From NCBI GenBank assembly GCA_017441845.1, contig JAFRVB010000008.1, forward strand, positions 110,143 to 174,142: 64,000 nt of DNA, given 5' to 3'. The notes beneath the pieces are model-generated. The model was given only the letters and a program-made list of their open reading frames with translations. It did no database searches and had not been told where the DNA came from. Position numbers and translations under genes: made by a program. Of this stretch, positions 44,873-52,614 are shown in pieces. The DNA comes from Bacilli bacterium (lineage in GTDB: Bacteria; Bacillota_I; Bacilli_A; RF39; UBA660). Positions within the stretch are counted from its first letter, which is position 1; the number at the start of each line of letters is the position of its first letter.

Positions 44873-47192
44873 AAACTAAAGTTAAATATCCTCCTTGAGT
44901 AGTTGGTTTAGCCATACTTACATCAACATGACTAGAATTAAAATTTGGTAATTTAGTTGCCCCAGTAAACATATTATCACCCATAGTTATAGTTACATTA
45001 GCTACACTCCATAATGAGGATATTCTTATTTGAGATAGTTTTGAACAATCACGAAACATAGATGAAATTTTTGTAACTTTTGATGTATCAAAAGACACTA
45101 GATTTAATGATGTTAAATTAATACAATTATAAAACATAAAAGACATTAAAGTTGTGTTGGATGTATTGAAATTTGTTAGATTTAAGCTAGTTATGGCTGT
45201 ACACCCTTCAAACATACCTGCCATATTAGTTACTTTTGATGTATCAAAACCACTGACATTTATACTTGACAATTTAGAACAATAACCAAACATATCTCTC
45301 ATATTTGTAACATTGGATGTATCAAAACTACTTATGTTTAAACTTGTTAAATGATTACAATTATAAAATATCATATCCATACTAGTTACTTGAGAAGTGT
45401 CAAAATGGCTTAAATTTAGACTTGTTAAACTGCTACAATTATCAAACATCCTTTCCATATTTGTCACTTTAGAAGTATTAAAATTTGATATAGCTAATGA
45501 TGTTAAAGCGTTGCAACCACAGAACAAATATCTCATATCGGTTACATTGGATGTGTCAAAGTGGTTCAAATTTAAAGATGATAGTTTTTTACAATTACGA
45601 AAAACAAATGCCAAATCTTTTACCAATGATGTGTTAAAATTTGCAATAGATAAACTAGTCATATTACTACAATCATCAAACATAGCAGCCATATCATTAC
45701 AATTAGGAGTATAAAAACTATTTAGATTCAAAGATGCAAGAGTAATGCAATTGGAAAACATATTATTCATTGTTGTGACTTTTGAAGTATCAAAATTACT
45801 CAAAGATAAGCTTGTTAACACTTCACAATGACTAAACATAGATGACATATCCGTTACATTTGATGTATCAAAACTACTCACATTTAAACTTGTTAATTTA
45901 GCACAAAATTCAAACATACATGACATATTTGTTACTTGAGAAGTATTAAAACGAGTAACATTTAAACTGGTTATATTTTGACAATAAGAAAACATATCTT
46001 CCATATTTGTTACTTGAGAGGTATTAAAATTAGTTACATTTAAACTGGTTAAAGTACTACATTGGCGAAACATACCACTCATATTTGTCACTTTACTAGT
46101 ATTAAAATTGGTTACATTTAAACTAGTTAGTTTTCTACAATAACCAAACATATATGTCATATTTGTTACATTGCTTGTATCAAAATTAGTTACATTTAAT
46201 CCAGTTAAATTGCTACACCAGAAAAACATATATGACATATTTGTTACTTGGGTAGTGTTGAAATTATTAATTGTTAGAGTTGTTAACTCATCACATTCAC
46301 CAAACATATATGACATATTTGTTACTTGAGATGTATTGAAATTATTAACATTTAAACTGGTTAAACTATAACAATAATAAAACATATATGACATATTGGT
46401 TACCTGAGTAGTGTCAAAATTAGTTAAACTAATACTAGTTAACGCTTTACAATTACTAAACATATATGACATATTGGTTACTTGGGAAGTGTTGAAATTA
46501 TTTATATTTAAACTTGTTAATTTAGTACAATTGTAAAACATTTTATTCATATCTGTAACTTGAGAAGTATTAAAACTAGTAATATTTAAACTTGCCAAAC
46601 TAGTACAATCATAAAACATATTATTCATATCTATTACAAGAGATGTATCAAAATCACTTAAATTCAAACTGGTTAAACTACTATTACGACTAAACATATA
46701 TGACGTGTTTTCTACTTTTGAAGTATCAAAATTGTTATTAAAATTAATTGCTTCAACTTTACTTAAATTATAAAATGCATATTTTGAGTTAGGATTACCT
46801 ACCACATCTCCATCTGCACCTATATAAAGTTTATAATATCCAGAATTATTTGGATCATCTATTATCCAAGCCATTACCTTTTGAGTTCCAGAATTTACTG
46901 ATATATCCCAAGTTTTTACTACCTCTTCAGGGATGCTTTTATTATCTAAAAAGTCTATTGTTTTAATTTTTGATCTATAAGATGAAGAATGAAAATCTGA
47001 TGATGAGTTTGACGCATATGACTTAATCATATTACCAGCATCTTGTACATAATCTACATCTCCAGCAATGCTTAAATTTTTATTTAAAGCACCAAAACCT
47101 ACACTTGTTAGTGTAGTTATCATTAGTAATACAGCTATCGCTGTAGTTATATAGAACTTATAACTATTTAAAAATTTGTCTATTATCTTCAT
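44871..47192 (-). CDS. BspA/DUF285-type leucine-rich-repeat surface protein (paralog A)
   Basis: 773 aa. More than 20 tandem ~25-26-aa units 'F(N/D)TS(Q/K/N)VTNMSYMFxxCxxLTSLN(L/V)xN'. Leader 'ITTLTSVGFGALNKNLSIAGDVDYV'. Conserved tail 'KPTTQGGYLTLV'. Confidence 0.85.
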   Translation of the reverse strand: MKIIDKFLNSYKFYITTAIAVLLMITTLTSVGFGALNKNLSIAGDVDYVQDAGNMIKSYASNSSSDFHSSSYRSKIKTIDFLDNKSIPEEVVKTWDISVNSGTQKVMAWIIDDPNNSGYYKLYIGADGDVVGNPNSKYAFYNLSKVEAINFNNNFDTSKVENTSYMFSRNSSLTSLNLSDFDTSLVIDMNNMFYDCTSLASLNITSFNTSQVTDMNKMFYNCTKLTSLNINNFNTSQVTNMSYMFSNCKALTSISLTNFDTTQVTNMSYMFYYCYSLTSLNVNNFNTSQVTNMSYMFGECDELTTLTINNFNTTQVTNMSYMFFWCSNLTGLNVTNFDTSNVTNMTYMFGYCRKLTSLNVTNFNTSKVTNMSGMFRQCSTLTSLNVTNFNTSQVTNMEDMFSYCQNITSLNVTRFNTSQVTNMSCMFEFCAKLTSLNVSSFDTSNVTDMSSMFSHCEVLTSLSLSNFDTSKVTTMNNMFSNCITLASLNLNSFYTPNCNDMAAMFDDCSNMTSLSIANFNTSLVKDLAFVFRNCKKLSSLNLNHFDTSNVTDMRYLFCGCNALTSLAISNFNTSKVTNMERMFDNCSSLTSLNLSHFDTSQVTSMDMIFYNCNHLTSLNISSFDTSNVTNMRDMFGYCSKLSSINVSGFDTSKVTNMAGMFEGCTAITSLNLTNFNTSNTTLMSFMFYNCINLTSLNLVSFDTSKVTKISSMFRDCSKLSQIRISSLWSVANVTITMGDNMFTGATKLPNFNSSHVDVSMAKPTTQGGYLTLV
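44990..46745 (-). repeat. Coding tandem-repeat array (~75-78 bp period) of LRR units in paralog A
   Basis: Recurring DNA words are visible throughout (for example catatttgttacttgag / gtattaaaatt / tttaaactggttaa). Boundaries are approximate. Confidence 0.7.
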
Positions 47193-47285
47193 AGTTATAA
47201 TCTCCTAGTTTAATTATAATATATTGTTCTTTTTATTTATATAAATATACTTTAATTTATTTTTTACTTTACAAAAAAAGAAGCA
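47040..47285 (-). repeat. Dispersed repeat copy A: conserved promoter/5'UTR + leader-coding module of the LRR paralogs
   Basis: About 95 bp upstream of the ATG (catagttataatctcctagtttaattataata...ttttattt.tataaatatactttaatt.attttttactttacaaaaaaag) and about the first 55 codons are near-identical to 62550..62795. Confidence 0.75.
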
Positions 47286-48839
47286 TTATTTTGCTTCTTC
47301 TTGAACTCTTGTTTCTCTAACAACAGTAATTTTGATAGTACCAGGATATTTCATGTTTTCTTCAATCTTTTCTTTAACTTCACGAGCTATTTTATATATC
47401 TCACTATCATCAACTGCTTCAGGTTTAACTATTACACGTAATTCTCTACCTGCTTGTAGAGCATAAGCAGTATCAACACCATTGATATTATTACCAACTT
47501 CTTCTAATTGAGATAGACGTTGAATATAATTTTCTAATGAATCATTTCTAGCTCCTGGACGTGATGCGCTTAATGCATCAGCTATCGCTACTATTGAAGA
47601 TATTACTGAATTTACTTGAGTGTCTCCATGATGTGAAGCTATTGAATTTACTACCACTTCATTTTCATGGAATTTTTTAGCTATATCGATACCAATATCA
47701 ACATGGCTTCCTTCTATTTCATGATCTATTGCTTTACCAATATCATGAAGTAAACCAGCTCTTTTAGCTAATTGAACATTTTCACCCATTTCTCCAGCTA
47801 GTAATCCAGATAGATTAGCAACTTCAATTGAGTGATTTAATACATTTTGACCATAACTAGTTCTAAAATGTAATTTACCAATTAATTCTAATAATTCTGA
47901 ATCAAATTTAGTAAGTCCTAATTCAAATATAGCATCTTGTCCATATTGAATAATCTTACTCTTCATATCTTTACATACTTTATCATATACTTCTTCAATT
48001 CTAGTTGGATGGATTCTTCCATCTTTGATTAAAGTATCTAATGTTACTCTAGCCATCTCTCTACGTAGAGGGTCAAAACTAGATAATACTACTGCCTCAG
48101 GTGTATCATCAATAATTAAATCTACACCCGTAACAGCTTCAATAGATCTAATATTTCTTCCTTCTCTACCAATTAATCTACCTTTCATTTCATCATTAGG
48201 TAAATCAACTACAGTAACAGTTTGATCATTAGCTATATCAGAAGCATATCTTTGCATTGAAGTAACAATATACTCTCTCGCAGTCTTATCTGCTTCTAAT
48301 TTTGCTTCATCCTCTCTCTCGTGAATATATTCAGCTATCTCTTTATTCATATTTTCTTTAACGATAGCCATTACTTTTTCACGAGCTTTTTCCCTACTAA
48401 ATCCTGAGATTTTTTCAAGTTCATCCAGTTGTTGTTTAATAATTTCGTCCACTTTACTTTTTTCTTCTTGAATCTCAGTAAGACGCACACTAAGTTTTTC
48501 TTCTTTATCATCTAAAGATTTTTCTCTTTTTTGAATTAATTCATCTCTTTTATCAATATTTGCTTCTCTTTGCATTAATCTATCTTCAGAAGCCTTAATT
48601 TCTGTTTTCTTTTCACGAATCTCTTTATCAAGATCCATTTTAGCTTTATGTGCCTCTTCCTTTAATTGAATTGCAGAATCTCTTTTAAGCTTTTCAATCT
48701 CTTTATTAGCTTTATCAATTAGTTTTTCTGCTTTCTTTTCTGCTTTATTAACTTTTAAAATATTTATAACAATAGCTATAAAAAAGCCAACAATTAAGCC
48801 TATACAAACAAGTAAAATGGAGAATACTGTATTATTCAT
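47286..48839 (-). CDS. rny: Ribonuclease Y
   Basis: N-terminal TM helix, coiled coil, KH domain ('GRLIGREGRNIR'), HD domain ('LLHDIGKA'), 517 aa. Confidence 0.93.
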   Translation of the reverse strand: MNNTVFSILLVCIGLIVGFFIAIVINILKVNKAEKKAEKLIDKANKEIEKLKRDSAIQLKEEAHKAKMDLDKEIREKKTEIKASEDRLMQREANIDKRDELIQKREKSLDDKEEKLSVRLTEIQEEKSKVDEIIKQQLDELEKISGFSREKAREKVMAIVKENMNKEIAEYIHEREDEAKLEADKTAREYIVTSMQRYASDIANDQTVTVVDLPNDEMKGRLIGREGRNIRSIEAVTGVDLIIDDTPEAVVLSSFDPLRREMARVTLDTLIKDGRIHPTRIEEVYDKVCKDMKSKIIQYGQDAIFELGLTKFDSELLELIGKLHFRTSYGQNVLNHSIEVANLSGLLAGEMGENVQLAKRAGLLHDIGKAIDHEIEGSHVDIGIDIAKKFHENEVVVNSIASHHGDTQVNSVISSIVAIADALSASRPGARNDSLENYIQRLSQLEEVGNNINGVDTAYALQAGRELRVIVKPEAVDDSEIYKIAREVKEKIEENMKYPGTIKITVVRETRVQEEAK

Positions 48840-48941
48840 ATATTTCCTCCATCTAGATTATTTAGATTAACTAATAATCTAAGTTTATTGTAAGTTTAAA
48901 ACGATACTTTGTCAAGTTCAGAAACCATTAAAAAAGAGTGA

Positions 48942-49961
48942 TTATTTACTACTCTTTTTATTATCTTTATTAAGACTAATTCCAAAGTATTCACGTACTT
49001 TATCTTCCAATTCTTGCGTTAATTCTGCATTATCTTTAAGAAGAAGTTTAACATTTTCTTTTCCTTGTCCAAGTTTTTCTCCTTGGTAAGCAAACCATGC
49101 TCCACTCTTTTCTAAGATACCACATTCAGAAGCAAGATCTATTAATTCTCCTTCTCTAGATACTCCTTCTCCATACATGATATCTACTTCACAAGATCTA
49201 AATGGAGGAGCAACTTTGTTTTTAACAACTTTAATACTTGTTCTATTACCTACTACACCTTCACCTAATTTGATTTGTTCTTTTCTTCTAATCTCTAATC
49301 TAATAGTTGAATAGAACTTTAAGGCTCTACCACCAGTAGTAGTTTCAGGATTACCAAACATTACTCCAACTTTTTCTCTTAATTGGTTAATAAATATAAC
49401 AGTAGTATTAGTTTTACTAATAGTACCAGATAATTTTCTTAAAGCTTGTGACATAAGTCTAGCTTGAAGTCCTACATGAGAGTCTCCCATCTCACCATCT
49501 ATTTCAGCTTGAGGAACAAGTGCAGCTACTGAGTCTATTACTACAATACTAAGTGCTTTACTCTTAACTAAAGCATCACATATTTCTAAAGCTTGTTCTC
49601 CAGTATCTGGTTGAGAAAGTAATAATTCATCTATATTAACTCCCAACTTTTTAGCATATACAGGATCAAGAGCATGCTCAGCATCGATAAAGGCAGCTCT
49701 ACCACCTAATTTTTGATGTTCTGCGATAGCTTGTAAGGCAAAAGTAGTTTTACCACTTGATTCAGGTCCAAATATTTCAATTATTCTACCTCTAGGGTAT
49801 CCTCCTACTCCTAATGCAATATCTAGTGATAAACATCCACTACTTACTGCATCAACATTCATATGAGCATTCTCACCTAACTTCATAATAGAACCTTTAC
49901 CAAATTGTTTTTCTATATCATTTAATACTTGTTCTAAAGCTTTATCTTCATTCTTTTTCAT
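48942..49961 (-). CDS. recA: Recombinase RecA
   Basis: 'GPESSGKTT', 'FIDAEHALD', 'VVIDSVAAL', '[23 protein letters not shown]'. Confidence 0.97.
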   Translation of the reverse strand: MKKNEDKALEQVLNDIEKQFGKGSIMKLGENAHMNVDAVSSGCLSLDIALGVGGYPRGRIIEIFGPESSGKTTFALQAIAEHQKLGGRAAFIDAEHALDPVYAKKLGVNIDELLLSQPDTGEQALEICDALVKSKALSIVVIDSVAALVPQAEIDGEMGDSHVGLQARLMSQALRKLSGTISKTNTTVIFINQLREKVGVMFGNPETTTGGRALKFYSTIRLEIRRKEQIKLGEGVVGNRTSIKVVKNKVAPPFRSCEVDIMYGEGVSREGELIDLASECGILEKSGAWFAYQGEKLGQGKENVKLLLKDNAELTQELEDKVREYFGISLNKDNKKSSK

Positions 49962-49988
49962 AAATCCTCCTTAAGTAATTACAATTCC

Positions 49989-50017
49989 ATTGTACATTAT
50001 TTTTTAACACAATGCAA
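49989..50017 (-). promoter_or_regulatory. Candidate sigma-A promoter of recA
   Basis: The minus strand reads TTGCAT-17 nt-TACAAT, about 25 nt upstream of the AAGGAGG RBS. Confidence 0.45.
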
Positions 50018-50025
50018 CATTTTTT

Positions 50026-50039
50026 CGAACTTTTGTTTT
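50026..50039. promoter_or_regulatory. Weak LexA/Cheo-box-like half-palindrome upstream of the recA promoter
   Basis: CGAAC-TTTT-GTTTT compared with the Firmicute consensus CGAAC-N4-GTTCG. One half is perfect and the other matches 3 of 5. Confidence 0.25.
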
Positions 50040-50077
50040 ATATGTACTTTTCTTTACACTTTTATTGAAATAAATAA

Positions 50078-50103
50078 AAAGTTCTTACGAATAAGAACTT
50101 TTC
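50078..50103 (-). terminator. Rho-independent terminator after pgsA
   Basis: aaaagttctta-cgaa-taagaactttt hairpin. Confidence 0.6.
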
Positions 50104-50124
50104 AAATACTATTTAACTTCAATT

Positions 50125-50727
50125 TTATTTATTTTGTAAAATATACTTTTTATTCATATTGAAATATTGAACTCCACTGATTATAGACATAATACAAGCA
50201 AAATATAATAAGAAGTCAGAGATATTTAATCCTGTAAATAATGAGAATGGTAAATTATAGAAGAACGCTAGAACAAGTCCAACCATCAATGATGCTGTTT
50301 TTAATTTACCAGACCATATAGCTGCAACTACATCTCCTTTAGAAGCAGCTTGCATCTTAATAGCATCTACACATGTATCTCTTAAAACAATAATAACTGC
50401 TACAACTGCAGGAACAAATCCAGCAACTGCAAGAATAATTAAAGATGAATTTACTAAGATCTTATCAGCAATAGCATCTAACATCTTACCTAAATTAGTA
50501 ACTTGATTATTCTTACGAGCAAGATATCCATCTAAGAAATCAGTTAAAGAAGCAATAATAAATATAACTCCTGCTATTAAGTATTGTAATCCAACTGGTT
50601 CACTAACACCATCAATATTATATTGAGGAATGTTAATACCAATAGTATGGAATGGAAATAGTAATAATATGATTACTACTAAAGTTAAAAAGATTCTTAA
50701 AAAAGTTAATTTAGTAGGTGTATTCAT
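50125..50727 (-). CDS. pgsA: CDP-diacylglycerol--glycerol-3-phosphate 3-phosphatidyltransferase
   Basis: CDP-alcohol transferase motif 'DFLDGYLARKNNQVTNLGKMLDAIADK'. I prefer the ATG at 50727. Confidence 0.9.
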   Translation of the reverse strand: MNTPTKLTFLRIFLTLVVIILLLFPFHTIGINIPQYNIDGVSEPVGLQYLIAGVIFIIASLTDFLDGYLARKNNQVTNLGKMLDAIADKILVNSSLIILAVAGFVPAVVAVIIVLRDTCVDAIKMQAASKGDVVAAIWSGKLKTASLMVGLVLAFFYNLPFSLFTGLNISDFLLYFACIMSIISGVQYFNMNKKYILQNK

Positions 50728-51199
50728 CAACACTCCACTCTCCTCTCAATTCTTTAGTAATATTAGGAACTTTCTTAACACTAGTAAAGATAATATAAAT
50801 AATTAAGAATAATGCTAATACTATACATATAAATATAATTACAGGCATAAAATTTATCTTAGGCTTCTTCATCAAAGTATAAGGAGAAATAATTTTTTTG
50901 TTATCTGTATTATCTTTTTCTATTTGAGCTTGTTTTATATCTTCTACAGATATTTTAGAAGTTTTCTCAAACAAAAAATCATTAAATTGATCGTTTACTT
51001 TTTCTAAATCAGCTCCTAAGTACTTAGCATATCTCTTAATATACTCTTTTAACTCATAAACATCTTTAAAAGCTCTAACATTACCACTTTCTATATTTTC
51101 AAGTAAGGTAGTAGAAAGTTCTAAGTCTTCAGAAACTTCAGTTAAACTAACTCCATTTTTTATTCGAGCAGTTTTTAAATAATTACCTAGTTCTTTCAT
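50711..51199 (-). CDS. RodZ-like HTH (XRE) membrane protein
   Basis: 'LGNYLKTARIKNGVSLTEVSEDLELSTTLLENIESG' HTH plus a single TM helix. It sits upstream of pgsA, as ymfM/rodZ does in Bacillus. Confidence 0.6.
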   Translation of the reverse strand: MKELGNYLKTARIKNGVSLTEVSEDLELSTTLLENIESGNVRAFKDVYELKEYIKRYAKYLGADLEKVNDQFNDFLFEKTSKISVEDIKQAQIEKDNTDNKKIISPYTLMKKPKINFMPVIIFICIVLALFLIIYIIFTSVKKVPNITKELRGEWSVDEYTY

Positions 51200-51223
51200 A
51201 AACACCTTCTTTTCTTAAAAAAA

Positions 51224-51563
51224 ATAATATAAATAAGCCATGTTCTGTACCTATAAAGGTGACAAACATTTATCTACCATAATGGTCCCTGTTTTTATTC
51301 ATTTCTAAAAACAGAACTCCCCTACCAAATTTGGGTTTCTCGTTCATGGGGTTTACCTCGTTTCATTCCTCCATTTCTAGAGGATTCGTCACTGTGGCAC
51401 TTCAGTATTCCTCATATCCGAAGACTTAGATTCCTACTGCCGTCAGTCAAAGACTGCCTAAGGTTATTTATTCCCTTAGCATGATCACTACTACCGTCGC
51501 AGGTAGTACGAGCATGGACTTTCCTCAAGAGTTTTACCACTCCAGCGTTTGTCTATATATTAT
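51224..51563 (-). ncRNA. rnpB: RNase P RNA, bacterial type B (compact)
   Basis: The minus strand reads ...GAGGAAAGTCCATGCTCG...GGCAGTCTTTGACTGACGGCAG...GTGCCACAGTGACGAA...GGTAAACCCC...GAGAAACCCAAATTTGGTAGGGG...ACAGAACATGGCTTA. G+C is locally elevated. The ends are approximate, set by an ATAATATA/TATATTAT P1-like pairing. Confidence 0.9.
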
Positions 51564-51901
51564 TTTTCTTCTTTATTATTTAGATTTTCATATACAACTT
51601 TTTCTAATTGAGATAATCTCTTAATAATATCAACATTAGAAACATCATTATTCTCATTACTTTTAGCAATTTCCATACTCATTTGAGAATTTCTTAATTC
51701 TTGTTTCAAACTCATAATTTCTGCCAAAAGATCAGCTTTTTCTTTTTCTAAACCATTAATAATATTAAGAAATTTTTCATAATCTTCAATTACAATATCT
51801 AAGAATTGATCAACTTCTTTTAATCTGTATCCACGAGTATCTATTTTAAATTCTTTAACATAGATATCATGTGGAGTAAAAGTAATCTTATTCTGATACA
51901 T
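51560..51901 (-). CDS. gpsB: GpsB/DivIVA-domain cell-cycle protein
   Basis: 'FTPHDIYVKEFKIDTRGYRLKEVDQFLDIVIEDYE' plus a coiled coil. The ATG at 51901 has a GGTGAT RBS. It is adjacent to rnpB, as in B. subtilis. Confidence 0.8.
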   Translation of the reverse strand: MYQNKITFTPHDIYVKEFKIDTRGYRLKEVDQFLDIVIEDYEKFLNIINGLEKEKADLLAEIMSLKQELRNSQMSMEIAKSNENNDVSNVDIIKRLSQLEKVVYENLNNKEEK

Positions 51902-52035
51902 AATTATCACCAATCCCTTACTAAAATATATTATCACATTATTAAATATTTTTGTCAATTTAATATATCCAAAATAGAATTAAAAATTATAGCAAATCAC
52001 TAAATATTATTGTATAATAAATAATAGGTGATGAG

Positions 52036-52614
52036 ATGAAGTATCCTAGTGGAATAAAACCTAAAAATATCACTAAAGATATTAAATATGATAATAGAGG
52101 TATGACTCTAGAAAAAGAGATTAATTCTGCGAATGAATATTATAGGTCTATGGATATTGCTTATATTTATAAGAAACCTACTCCTATAAAAATAGTTAAA
52201 ACAGATTATCCTTCTAGAGATAAAGCTGTAATTAAAGAAGCTTATTTCACTATACCATCTACTACAGATTATAATGGTTTATATAAAGGATATTATATTG
52301 ATTTTGAAGCTAAAGAGACTAAAAATAAAACATCGTTTACTCTTAGTAATATTCATTCTCATCAAATAAAACATCTAGAAAATATAGATAGACATGATGG
52401 AATAGCCTTTATTATAGTTAGATTTACTACTATTAATAAGACTTATATTCTTTTTATTAAAGATTTATTAGACTTTATTAATTCTAATGAAAGAAAATCT
52501 ATACCGATTGATTTTTTTGATAAAAAGGGATATATTATAAAGGATAGTTTAAAACCTACTATAGATTATTTAAAAATAATAGATAAAGTATTGGAGGGGA
52601 ACAATGGCAACTAA
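52036..52614 (+). CDS. recU: Holliday junction resolvase RecU
   Basis: 'NRGMTLEKEIN', 'YKKPTPIKIV', 'STTDYNGLYKGYYIDFEAKETKNKTSF'. Confidence 0.92.
   Translation: MKYPSGIKPKNITKDIKYDNRGMTLEKEINSANEYYRSMDIAYIYKKPTPIKIVKTDYPSRDKAVIKEAYFTIPSTTDYNGLYKGYYIDFEAKETKNKTSFTLSNIHSHQIKHLENIDRHDGIAFIIVRFTTINKTYILFIKDLLDFINSNERKSIPIDFFDKKGYIIKDSLKPTIDYLKIIDKVLEGNNGN

Noticed and set aside
44871-44915. The conserved LRR-protein C-terminus '(K/I)PTTQGGY(L/M)TLV' as a possible sortase-type (PxTxG) signal.
   Set aside because: It is not followed by a hydrophobic helix and basic tail, because the protein ends 7 residues later. It does not fit a wall-sorting signal and may instead be a conserved terminal beta-strand.
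44990-46745. Regularly spaced ~75-78 bp repeats that could superficially suggest a CRISPR array.
   Set aside because: The repeats are contiguous with no unique spacers. They lie in one long open frame and translate to DUF285/BspA LRR units. No cas genes are present.
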